A model generated the notes under the pieces. The model saw nothing but the letters and a program-made list of their open reading frames with translations. It did not search any database and was not told the DNA's origin. 64,000 bases of DNA from Heteronotia binoei (lineage: Eukaryota). The stretch lies in NCBI RefSeq assembly GCF_032191835.1, contig NC_083229.1, positions 102,734,001 to 102,798,000 of the forward strand, given 5' to 3'. Made by a program: the position numbers and the translations under genes. Shown piece after piece: positions 25,262 through 36,061 of the stretch. Each line of letters starts with the position of its first letter. Within the stretch, counting starts at the first letter, position 1.

Positions 25262-25953
25262 CTAGGCAATCAACAGTGATCCATGCAACGGTCACCTCAA
25301 GATTGGATTACTGTAATGCCCTCTGCATGGGGCTGCCTCTGTCCCGAACCCGGAAGCTGCAGCTGGTGCAGAACAGCTAGGCTGTTATTAGGGCTCCTGA
25401 AATGGGAGCACATACAGCCAGGGCTGCGCGGACTGCACTGGCGGCCAGTTATATACCGGGTTCGTTACAAAGTGCTGGTTATTACCTTTAAAGCCCTATA
25501 TGGTCGAAGACCTGCCTACCTGAAGGACCGTCTCTCCCCATATGAACCCCAGAAAGCACTGAGGTCAGCTGGGAAGAACCAGCTGACTATCCCCGGGCTG
25601 AAGGAGGCAAAATTAAAGAACACCCGTACACGAGCCTTCTCCATTGCAGCTCCGCACCTATGGAACCAGCTCCCGGAAGAAGTGCGGGCCCTGCGGAGCC
25701 TCGAATAATTCCGCAAGGCCTGCAAGACCTTCCTTTTTGGGATGGCCTTTACCTAACTGAACGACTGATAATTTGCCTTAAGTGATTCCGCCATAGTATT
25801 TACACCTAACAGAGTAGCACTAGGAATGTTAATTTTAATTGGAATGCTTTTAAGTGAATGTGATTTTAAAACCTGTTGTATAATTATTGTATGGATCGAT
25901 GTTGTTAGCCGCCCTCAGCCTGCTTCGGCGGGGAGGGCGGGATATAAATAAAA

Positions 25954-25955
<2 letters not shown>
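25262..25955 (+). mobile_element. 5'-truncated L2-clade LINE in the 3' UTR region of dehydrogenase A
   Basis: VTSRLDYCNAL, LHWRPVIYRVRYKVLVITFKAL, AFSIAAPHLWNQLP; 3' end AGCCGCCCTCAGCC...GGGCGGGATATAAATAAAAT followed by a (TAT)n tail. Confidence 0.9.

Positions 25956-26028
<73 letters not shown>
25953..26028. repeat. (TAT)n microsatellite, L2 tail
   Basis: About 25 near-perfect units. Confidence 0.97.
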
Positions 26029-26029
<1 letters not shown>

Positions 26030-26390
26030 GGCCCTGTCAGTTCTAGACCAAAGCCTTCTGCATGTTGTTCATTCCTTTCTGTCAAATACTCTTTGCTGCA
26101 ATCGGAGTTTAAACTCAAAACCCTTACATTCCCTGAGGCCTATGCAGCCAGAGGTGTAGGCAGACTCCACTGTGGATAACACCAAGAAATCAAGGTGGGA
26201 ATGAAGAGCCATTAGGTACAATAAGTAAAAAACATCTCCTGATGAAACAGGCAGGTCCCCATGGGAAACTCTCACTCCCCTTCAGACCTGTCTTGTGCCT
26301 CCATGGGATTGCCAAAACGAAATAATGACTTTACGGGACCATAACCTCCGCAAGGAGTGTCCCAGATAACACAGACCAGGCTATCGTGAT

Positions 26391-26510
26391 CAGGGTTGGC
26401 TCTGGTCGGTACTTGGAAGGGTGACCACCAAGGAAGTCACAGGCAATGGCAAGCCACCTTTGAACTCCTCCTGCCTTGAAAACCCCATGGATCACCAGAA
26501 GTCAGCTGTG
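26391..26510 (+). mobile_element. 5S-head/Sauria-type chimeric SINE fragment
   Basis: CAGGGTTGGCTCTGGTCGGTACTTGGAAGGGTGACCACC (5S 3' half) joined to GGCAATGGCAAGCCACC...CCTTGAAAACCCCATGG (Sauria-SINE-like body). Confidence 0.6.
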
Positions 26511-26712
26511 CACCCCCCTCCAAACAGTAAAGTAATCAAATTCTCAATCAGCAGAGTACCTTTATCACTTGCCCCCTGAAGATTTCCCTTGAAGAAGCTC
26601 AAGTATCACTATAATCTCATTCCTGCAACTGGTGGAAAAGCACATGGATGTTGGACATAAAACAATCCCCCTTTTTAGCTCAACCTTTAGATTCAGTTTA
26701 AGTTCAGCTTCA

Positions 26713-27119
26713 TGTCACAACCATCCTTCGACCACCATGATTCTTGACAGCACTCATATTTCAGGATCAAGCAATAGAAGAACCTTTCTGTTATGTATTG
26801 AGCTGAAGGCATCTGCTACATGCCTGGACCTGTTCCTCTGGAGACTGACAGAGCTTCAAGCGAGGAGAACAATAGAAGCTGGGATCCAAAGACTAACCAA
26901 TCAGAAGTGGGATTATGTGTTGGGTTACCTATTGCATGAAGATATTAGATTTGAATGCACCAATGGTGTCGGGAGAAGGAGGGGCAGAGTGCTATTTAAG
27001 CAGGGCAGTTTACCCTGCTGCTTTGTCTTGTATTTGCTCAACCACTAATAAAGGATGCTGATTCACTACCACTGCGCCAGTATTTAATACTTTCTCTCCT
27101 CTCCCTTGGCATTCTCACA
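26713..27119 (+). mobile_element. Putative solo LTR
   Basis: TGT...ACA termini; CCAAT boxes, TATTTAAG and AATAAA in promoter order; no matching TSD found. Confidence 0.35.
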
Positions 27120-27613
27120 CTATGCCCATTTCCCCCATATTGCCTCTGATTGTTTCTTTCTTCCCTTGCTTCTCTCTCTCTTCCTCTGTTCCTTCCAAAG
27201 CTTCATTATGCAGCCCTTTGGCCCTTTCTCCTTCCATCCTTCCCCAGTTGATCTGATCAGCCTGACCCCTTTTTCAGTCTTCATGGCAGTATGTTCCCTC
27301 TTCTCTGTTGCTCCTTCTCCTTTATCCCCCCTTTTGAGGACACCTTACTTAGACTGGACATATCTAATGAATTACTTTCACTCAGCATTGTTTTATTGTT
27401 TTGCATTGCACCCCTGGACTGTAACTAATTGAATTGCATTTTGGACATCTACTTTCCCTTCTTGTTTTTGTTTGTTTGTTTTTGTTTTAGCCATTGGTGT
27501 ACTCAGTAAAGACTGATCTCTTTTCCATATTTCCCCAAACACCACTACAAGCACTTGCCTCTGCATCAACAGGATCCCATAGCAAGGTGGAAAGGTGTGC
27601 ATTTAAAGGGCAT

Positions 27614-30574
27614 TATGGACTGTCTGCCAAAGTCTCGGGGCGGCAGGAGGAGGGTTGAGGGCCTAGCTTGCCTGGAAAATTATAGATGTTTGTATGCAAA
27701 TGCAAGAAGTGTTCGAAGTAAAATTGGTGAGTTGGAATGTTTAGTGTTGGGAGAAAACATAGACATTGTGGGAATTTCAGAAACTTGGTGGAATGAGGAG
27801 AATCAGTGGGACACGGTGATTCCTGGATATAAGTTATATCGGAAGGATAGGGAGGGAAGGGTTGGAGGTGGGGTGGCTCTGTATGTCAGTGTGGGTATAT
27901 GGTCCAGTAAGACTGAGGTCAGAGAATTAGATTCCCTTCTAGAAATGCTTTTGGTTGAAATAGAGGGTTCAAAAGGAAATTTAACTATGGGAGTTTATTA
28001 TCGCCCACCAAATCAAAAGATAGAGGACTATTTTAATATGATGGAAGGATTAAAGATAGCGGCTAAACATAAAAACTGTGTCATAATACGTGATTTTAAC
28101 TACCCGCAGATTGATTGGATCAATATGTGTTCTGGTCGAGAGAAAGAGATTGAGTTTCTTGATGCTCTCAGTGACTGTGCTATGGAGCAGATGGTCTCAG
28201 AACCTACCAGGGGTGGGGCGATCCTGGATTTGGTCCTAAGTAATGCCCAAGACTTAGTGAGAGATGTAAAAGTGATCGCACCACTTGGGAGCAGTGACCA
28301 TAATGTTATTGATTTCACCATTTGTGTAGAGAGTTGCCCCAAAAGACCAGCACAACCACGTTTAACTTTAAAAGGGGTAAATTATCTGAGATGAGGAGGC
28401 ATGTGAAGAGGAAACTGAAAGGAAAGGTAAATACAGTCAAAACCCTTGGGGAAGCTTGGAGGCCATTTAAAACTACAATCCTAGAAGCTCAGATAAAATA
28501 TATACCACAAGTTAGGAAAGGCACAAACAGGTATAAGAAAAGGCCTGCATGGTTAACAAACAAAGTAATGGAAGCTGTAAAAGGTAAGAAGGACTCCTTT
28601 AAGCGGTAGAAAGCTAGTCCAAGTGAGATTAATAAAGGGAACACAGGCTGTGGCAAATCAAATGCAAGACTGTGATCAGGCAGGCAAAAAGGGACTATGA
28701 GGAGCATATTGCAAAAAACATAAAGACCAACAAATATATTAGAAGCAGGAAACCAGCCAGGGAGGCAGTGGGGCCCTTGGATGACCAAGGAGTAAAAGGA
28801 TTACTGAAGGAGGGTAGGGAAATGGCTGAGAAGCTGAATGCATTTTTTGCCTCTGTCTTCACTGTGGAAGACGAGAAGTGTTTGCCCGCTCCAGAACCAC
28901 TAATTTTGGAAGGGGTGTTGAAAGACTTGAGTCAGATTGAGGTGACAAGAATCCTATAACTGATAGACGAATTAAAAACTAATAAGTCACCAGGTCCAGA
29001 TGGCATACATCCAAGAGTTCTGAAAGAACTCAAAGTTGAACTTGTGGATCTCCTGACAAAAATATGTAATCTTTCATTGAAATCTCTCTCTGTTCCTGAG
29101 GACTGGAAGGTAGCAAATGTCATCCCCATCTTTAAAAAGGGTTCCAGAGGAGATCCGGGAAATTACAGGCCAGTCAGTCTGACTTCAATACCGGGAAAGT
29201 TGGTAGAAACCATTATCAAGGACAGAATGAGTAGGCACATTGATGAACACGGGTTATTGAGGAAGACTCAGCATGGGTTCTGTAAGGGAAGATCTTGCCT
29301 CACTAACCTGTTGCATTTCTTTGAGCAGGTGAACAAACATGTGGACAAAGGAGACCCAATAGATGTTGTTTACCTTGACTTCCAGAAAGCTTTTGATAAA
29401 GTTCCTCATCAAAGGCTCCTTAGAAAGCTCGAGAGTCATGGAGTAAAAGGACAGGTACTCTTGTGGATCAAAAAATGGCTAATTAATAGGAAGCAGAGAG
29501 TGAGTATAAATGGGCAGTCTTCGCAGTGGAGGATGGTAAGCAGTGGAGTGCCGCAGGGCTCAATACTGGGTCCCATGCTCTTTTAACTTGTTCATAAATG
29601 ATTTGGAGTTGGGAGTGAGCAGTGAAGTAGCCAAGTTTGCAGATGCCACTAAATTGTTCAGGGTGGTGAAAACCAGAGAGGATTGTGAGGCACTCCAAAG
29701 GGATCTGTTGAGGCTGGGTGAGTGGGCGTCAACATGGCAGATGACGTTCAATGTGGCCAAGTGCAAAGTAATGCACTTTGGGGCCAAGAATCCCAGCTAC
29801 AAATACAAGTTGATGGGGTGTGAACTGGCAGAGACTGATCGAGAGAGAGATCTTGGGGTCATGATAGATAACTCACTGAAAATGTCAAGACAGTGCGCGA
29901 TTGCAATAAAAAAGGCCAACGCCATGCTGGGAATTATTAGGAAGGGAATTGAAAACAGATCAGCCAGTATCATAATGCCCCTGTATAAATCGATGGTGTG
30001 GTCTCATTTGGAATACTGTGTGCAATTCTGGTCACCGCACCTCAAAAAGGATATTATAGCATTGGAAAAAGTCCAGAAAAGGGCAACTAGAATGATTAAA
30101 GGTTTGGAACACTTTCCCTATGAAGAAAGGTTAAAATGCTTGGGGCTCTTTAGCTTGGAGAAACGTCGACTGCAGGGTGACATGATAGAGGTTTACAAGA
30201 TAATGCATGGGATGGAGAAAGTAGAGAAAGAAGTACTTTTCTCCCTTTCTCACAATACAAGAACTTGTGGGCATTTGAGGAAATTGCTGAGCAGTCAGGT
30301 TAAAACGGATAAAAGGAAGTACTTCCTTCACCCCAAGGGTGATTAACGTGTGGAATTCACTACCACAGGAGGTGGTGGCGGCTACAAGCATAGACAGCTT
30401 CAAGAGGGGGTTAGATAAAAATATGGAGCAGAGGTCCATCAGTGGCTATTAGCCACAGTGTGTATATGTGTGTGTGTGTGTGTGTGTATAATTTTTTTTT
30501 GCCACTGTGTGACACAGAGTGTTGGACTGGATGGGCCACTGGCCTGATTCAACATGGCTTCTCTTATGTTCTTA
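27614..30574 (+). mobile_element. CR1 LINE copy 2, 5'-truncated at ORF2 start, multiply frameshifted
   Basis: Colinear with 557-3545 and highly similar by eye; broken ORFs 27555-28394, 28322-28609, 28672-28959, 29044-29586, 29543-30346; same 3' end and UTR microsatellite (30457-30490). Confidence 0.96.
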
Positions 30575-30671
30575 AGGCCACACAGACTTGTCCTCCTGAC
30601 TTTCCAAATAACAGCTTCTTACTAAATAACATTCTGAAACATCTAATTGCTGCTGAATAGACAGAAACCAG

Positions 30672-30896
30672 AGAGTTAATGTGGTCTTGTGGTTAGAATG
30701 TTAAACTGGGATCTGGAAGCCTCAGGTTCCAATCCCCACTCTGCTATGAAAGCCTGCAAGGTGACTTTGGGACAATCTCACTCTCTCAGCCTAACCTACC
30801 TCAGAAGAGTGTTGTGAGGATAAAATGGAGGAGAGAAAAAAACCTGCTTTGAGTCCCCCCTGCAGAGAAAGGCAGGGTATAAATAAGCAAATAAAT
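30672..30896 (+). mobile_element. MIR-like/L2-tailed tRNA-derived SINE
   Basis: GTGGTTAGAATG A box, GGTTCCAATCC B box, CCTAACCTACCTCA..TTGTGAGGATAAAATGGAGG tail. Confidence 0.78.
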
Positions 30897-32012
30897 AGAT
30901 ATAAACAAACTTTTTATGGTTGAATAGTTGCATTGCTTCTAAGTTGCTGCTTTAGCATAATTTGTGACCAAGCTGATGTCAGGTATACATCAATACACAT
31001 GTTTTTTCTCATGCTGGGTGAACATCATTAAAGTTTATTTGACTAGGATTCCAAAGTTATGTTTTTAAAAAAAAGGATTTCAAATTAATGGATCACTTCC
31101 ATACATTTTAAACCTACGGACTTGAAAATATACCTGTGTGTTTCATAATTTTCACATAATAGTATCAAAATGATGAAGGGTATCAGTGTCATCTGTTAGT
31201 GTTGACATATTCACTATCAGCTTTTACATATCTAACCAAACTTTTTCATGTTCATTTAATAAACTTTGTATGTGTTATATCAACCATTTCCAGGATGTAA
31301 CACCCTGTGGAAGAAATATACCAATTTTCACTTGGGGAAGATTCAAGGTAGATAAAATACCAGAGAATATCCTCACACTACATAGACGCTGTTGCCTGAA
31401 TCTTATTATGCCATATTATGCCACCCTGAGCCTGTTAAGGGGAGGACAGGTTATAAATCTAATAAAATAAAAATAAAATATGGAATTGAAACAGAAGTGT
31501 AAAAGTACCAGGAATAAGATGTGTAATTGCCTTTTTAAAACCAAACATACCGCAAAAGGGAGTGTTCTGAAACAAAGTTATTATTTCTTTCCCAACAAAT
31601 TGCTATGCTGAGTAATCTTTGAATCCTTTGGCATACTTCTGTAGCTACAGCTGCACCTGGGAAACCAGCCTGTAGTAATAGATTTATCTTTCCTGAGTTC
31701 CACTGTTCCTCTTCACGGCTCTTGCTGATGAAGTCCCAACAACCATAACTGAGGTCTTTGTAATCTCATAGTTAGATAAATATTGTAACATTTTTTTTAT
31801 GTAGGGTTGTTCTTGAGAACTGTACAGATACTTCAACTAGCATACTACATGGTGGTCTATCTCTGCACCCAATACATGACATCATACAAGCTCCAGCATA
31901 TACAGCAGTGGCTTTCCGTTATTTTCTTAGCATCATTCAAGATGATAGTTTCAAGTTCAACCTATAAAACAGTAGCTTTTTGGGTTTTTTTTTTTTAAAT
32001 ATGTGCATGTGT

Positions 32013-32214
32013 GCACCTGGAAGTCATGGCAACCTCTGTGACCGATCCCTGTTGGGGGCCTAGAAGACATTCAGGGAGGTGGCTGAATAAAGCCTGCCTC
32101 CGTCCTCCTGACTGCTGGTATTCCAAGGAGGTCTTCCCCCATCCAAGTACTTGCCAGAGTTGACGCTGCTTAGCTTCTGATGAGATCGAGCTTGCCTGGG
32201 CTATCCGAGTCAGG
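32013..32214 (-). mobile_element. 5S rRNA-derived SINE (SINE3-type)
   Basis: Reverse strand has GATCTCATCAGAAGCTAAGCAG...AGTACTTGGATGGG..AGACC..GGAATACC (5S internal promoter) plus a non-5S tail shared with the 55953 copy. Confidence 0.85.
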
Positions 32215-32811
32215 TCAAACTCTCAGTAGCTTTAATGATTTTCTGTTTATTATTTGATCGTATTTGGACAGCCATCAATGTATGTAGGTCTTCATAGAAT
32301 AAAATAAAAGCTATATTCCTGCCTCAAGGAGCAGGACTGGAGAAGACACAGAGACGCAAAGATATCCATGTATGCTGATATGCATTTTGGACACTTTTAG
32401 TACAGGATTAGGACTATTGCAGTTTGTCTCTAACCTACCTCAGAAACCACTTTTGCCCTTACGCCCTACAATGACCTTAAATATCAACAAAGGGCACCCT
32501 CATTGTCTGTGTTTGTTTTGTTGGTGTTTTTCATCATGACATATTCAGACAGAGTTTCCATCTTTTGTCTGTGGTGAAAAACAAATGACTTAATCAATTA
32601 CTTTATTTTCTGTACTGTAAGGTGAATCGTATTTCCTCTTGGCTACTTCCAGAAGCCTCTCTCTCCTAGCACCATAATTTCAAAAATTAAGTTGACAATG
32701 AAAGTCTTCACAGAAAATTCCCTTCCTTTTCTTGATTATCAAAGACATAGCTCCTGAAACAGAATTAACAAAAATCACAGATGGCTGGCAAACCCACATT
32801 TTCTAGAAGAA

Positions 32812-32988
32812 GCAGAAAAGAGTAAGAGTCCAGTAGCAGCTCAAAGACTAACAAAATTTGTAGCAGGGAATGAGCTTTTGTGAGTCATTGTTCACTTCTT
32901 GAAGAAGTGAGTTGTAACTCACAAAAGCTGATACCCTGCCACAATTGTTTTAGTCTTTAAGGTCCTGAACTCTTGCTCTTTTCTACCC
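32812..32988. mobile_element. Penelope-like inverted pLTR palindrome with decayed hammerhead cores
   Basis: ~87-bp inverted arms; right arm TTGAAGAAGTGAGTTGTAACTCACAAAAGCTGATACC. Confidence 0.75.
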
Positions 32989-33347
32989 ATCTTGATCTAG
33001 CTCTGTTTATGTGGCTTGTACTGTGTTTACCGGAAGCAGTGGAGGTTTACACGGAATTAGGATTTTCAGATAACAAATATTCTGGTACCTCTCTCTCCCA
33101 AGAGAAACCCTGTCATTTTTCACCCATTGCCTTTCAGTGGTATCCTACACAGATTTATACCAGGTTGAGTCTCTGCATCGGAACTGCACAGCCAATTTCC
33201 ACCGCTGCTTAAGTCACCTGAGTCAGGCTCCCAGTTTGCAGCAGGGTTAGCCATGACAGACCTCTTGCCAAAGATCACCTTTCTGGCTTCTTCACACTAC
33301 TTAGAGCCAATCTAATGTTTTTGGCTAAACATCACGAGAAGGAGGGC

Positions 33348-34433
33348 CAGGCCTGTAGCTAGAGTGGAGCCCCGGGGTCCTGGCCAGGGCTGGCCCTAAA
33401 CTGTCTGGCACCCCAGGCAAGGCTAATTTCTGGTGCCCCCCCCCCCCCGCACTGATTCACCAAGTCACATGGGGGTCCCAATTCTGTGCCCCCAGAAGGC
33501 CAGCACCCTAGGTAATTACCTAGTTTGCTTAGTGACAGGGCTGGCCCTGGTCCCGGCCCCACCATTTCACCTTCAATGCAAAGTTCTTGGCCCCAAGCAC
33601 AGTCCCCTATTGCTCCCTTCAAGCCTCACACGGCCAGCACCACCTGCAGGGCCTGGACTGTCGTTTCAGCCAATTGCCAAGAGGCAGGGTATAGGGAAGG
33701 AGACAAAAGCCCTTTGTGGCCCATGGCAGATCCCTCTCGAACAGGGGGGCCTAGGTAGATGGAGAGTCCAGTGCGTGAAAGAGGAAACAAGTGTGGGATG
33801 TTGCCACACTTGTCCTGACATGTGGCGGTGCTGCGGCTCTGCATCCTACCTGCATTTGAGTCATTGTGGCCACTGCTCCTCCCACTAGGTCAGGCTGTTT
33901 GGCAGTTGATGCAAAGTTAGAGAGTAGCTGAAAAACACATCAAGGAGCAACCCTTCCCCCTCCCTCAGTTGGGATAATCAATCAAATTCAGCTTTGGTTT
34001 AGACATCACTTCTGTTGCAAGTTCCCTTTTTCCAATAAGACTCTAGCTTGCAAATCATTTCAAAGAAACATTTCATTTCCTTTTTTTCATTTCTCCCTTT
34101 TTTGAAGTGGGGGGGAGGACAATGAAATACTTTTATTTTTGTTTTTTATCCACTCCACTCCTATCTAAGAGAAGGATTGCTTTCATTTTCCAAGGCTGAA
34201 CAGCTGTACAAGAAAGCAGCCATTTTTCCAGGAGTAAATACAACATTAGTGGTGTAGGATGTTCCCTCAGGAGGGTGTTCATTTTGATTGGCCCCTTTCT
34301 ATGGTATGTAGGGGGACATTGTTGGTTTGTTTTTTGCTGTGGAGTTTATTGGCAGCCCCCTGCACACACACCCCCCCCAACAAAAATTATGTCTGTGTGC
34401 CTCACCAAATTCGAAATCCTGGCTACGGCCCTG
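33348..34433. mobile_element. Non-autonomous hAT-like element, 1.09 kb
   Basis: TIRs CAGGCCTGTAGCTAG / CTGGCTACGGCCCTG; perfect 8-bp TSD AGGAGGGC. Confidence 0.8.
33385..33549. mobile_element. hAT MITE nested in the 33348-34433 element
   Basis: TIR CAGGGCTGGCCCT; TSD GTCCTGGC/GTCCCGGC; inverted sister copy at 45464-45628. Confidence 0.85.
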
Positions 34434-34663
34434 AGGAGGGCAAGAAGGAATAAGCCAGTGCTTGGCTGTTATGACTTTTTCTTACATGCCCAGGGTAATG
34501 CTGATCACCACTTTGGGGTCAGGAAGGAATTTCCCTCCAGGACAGATTCACTCAGGGATTCTGGGAAGTTTTTTGCCTTCCTCTGGGCCTAGACCAGGAG
34601 TCATTGGGGGAGTACATGGGGTAGTTGTGAATTTCCTGGGACATGCAGGGGGTTGGACTAGAT

Positions 34664-34985
34664 CAGGGGTGGCCAAACATGCTTAATGTAAGAGCCATAT
34701 AGAATAAACCTCAGATGTTTGAGACATGAATGCAAGATGTTTGAAAGCCAGAAGGATGGAAGGGAGGCAGGCAGGCAAATAGATGGGTGGAAGAGGTGGA
34801 AAGAAAGCAACTTTAAATGTCTCCTCCAAGCCACTGGCTAGCTTGGCTTGGAGAAGTGATTTCAAGAGAGAAATGCCTTCTCCAAATGCCTGGCTGACAG
34901 GGCAGCGGGGGCTTCAAGAGCCACACAATATGTGTGAAAGAGAACAGCCACATGTGGCTTCTGAGTTACAGTTTGGCCTCCCCTG
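34664..34985. mobile_element. hAT (Charlie-like) MITE inserted in an old CR1 3' end
   Basis: TIR CAGGGGTGGCCAAAC / GTTTGGCCTCCCCTG; perfect TSD GACTAGAT; flanks rejoin to GGGGTTGGACTAGATGATCCTT, a CR1 3' motif. Confidence 0.85.
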
Positions 34986-35329
34986 GACTAGATGATCCTT
35001 GCGGTTCCTTCCAGCTGTTTCAGATGTCATATGAAAACGCATCAGATAATCTGCCTAGCTCCATAAACTCCCAGTCCCCCCTTTGGCAATTCTGAAGGTT
35101 TGCTGTGGGGGGGTGGTGGTGGTGCGGGGCGATATAGAACTGTTTGCATCATCAGTATCTGTGGCTGAATTGGAGAATAAGGAAAGAGAAACTAAAAATA
35201 CACAGGAGGAACCAACTTCAGCAGCCTGCAGGCAGGAATAAATTTCAGACTACCTTTCCTCACGTCCTGCAAGTTGGAAGGTGACCCATTTGGCTTTACA
35301 ACTAAGGCACAAAGTTCTCCCTGCTTAAA

Positions 35330-35770
35330 GCCTTCCGGTAACCGCAGTAAGCGTAGGATTTAATCGCTGCATTTCATTTTCCCCGTCTGAGCGTCGGAAG
35401 CAAGTCGGAGGAGTCGAAAAGGTCTCAGAGCAAATTCCTCATTGCTTTTGGCAGCATCCGAAACGGTTCGGTTCAATCAGGTAGTTTTATTTCTTAGGGG
35501 CGGGGTGGGGGGGGGGAGAGAAGAGGTATCGTGTTGTTGCGTCCCGCTGCGAAGTTTCTCATTCAAAAGACTGCTTAGATTTGTCTTTGGGGTTGAATCT
35601 TCTTCGGCTACTGCTTAGCTACCCAGGGATCCCTTGACTAAAAACTATCGTCAGAGAGAAACTCTGCAACGCTAAACTGCTTTAATTCAGTGGGATTTAC
35701 GCTCTAGAAAATGTTGAGAATTGACCCTCATTCCCTTCCTCTCTCACTGACGAACGACTAATTTCAGCCA
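35330..35770 (+). promoter_or_regulatory. Small CpG island, probable promoter of dehydrogenase B
   Basis: Local CpG cluster; GC box GGGGCGGGG at 35497; ~2 kb upstream of the ATG exon, which begins at an acceptor. Confidence 0.6.
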
Positions 35771-35900
35771 ATAGGATTTAAACTAGTAAGGGAGGGCGCT
35801 GTTATTCAAGTTTGCTGTACTATGGAATCTGCTTTATTTTACCGCTAAATGTGTTGCATTTAATATTTTATAGCAACGGAGATCTCCTGTTTCTACTGTT

Positions 35901-35956
35901 TTTCTACTTGTAGGAATGTATTAATTATTTTCTACTTGTAGGAATGTATTAATTAT
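35901..35956. repeat. Perfect 28-bp tandem duplication
   Basis: TTTCTACTTGTAGGAATGTATTAATTAT x2. Confidence 0.95.
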
Positions 35957-36000
35957 TAATACATTTAAGATATTAATACATACCTAAATACAAAAAGTAT

Positions 36001-36061
36001 GACGTGACTTTGTCCATGGAGTCGCAAAGAGTCGGACTCGACTGTGCGACTGAACAACAAC
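36001..36061 (+). mobile_element. Extremely 5'-truncated RTE-BovB (or BovB-tailed SINE) insertion
   Basis: GTCCATGGAGTCGCAAAGAGTCGGACTCGACTGTGCGACTGAACAACAAC; perfect 15-bp TSD AAATACAAAAAGTAT at 35986-36000 and 36062-36076. Confidence 0.88.

Noticed and set aside
25915-26118. Poly-Ile ORF
   Set aside because: Translation of the (TAT)n microsatellite
1-30574. CR1 copies as the cause of the A/B gene duplication
   Set aside because: The CR1s are highly similar to each other while A and B are deeply diverged, so the duplication is far older
35901-35956. Repeat resembling a Cas12a direct repeat (TTTCTACT.GTAG)
   Set aside because: Only two adjacent copies with no spacer, in a eukaryotic context with no cas genes; a simple tandem duplication
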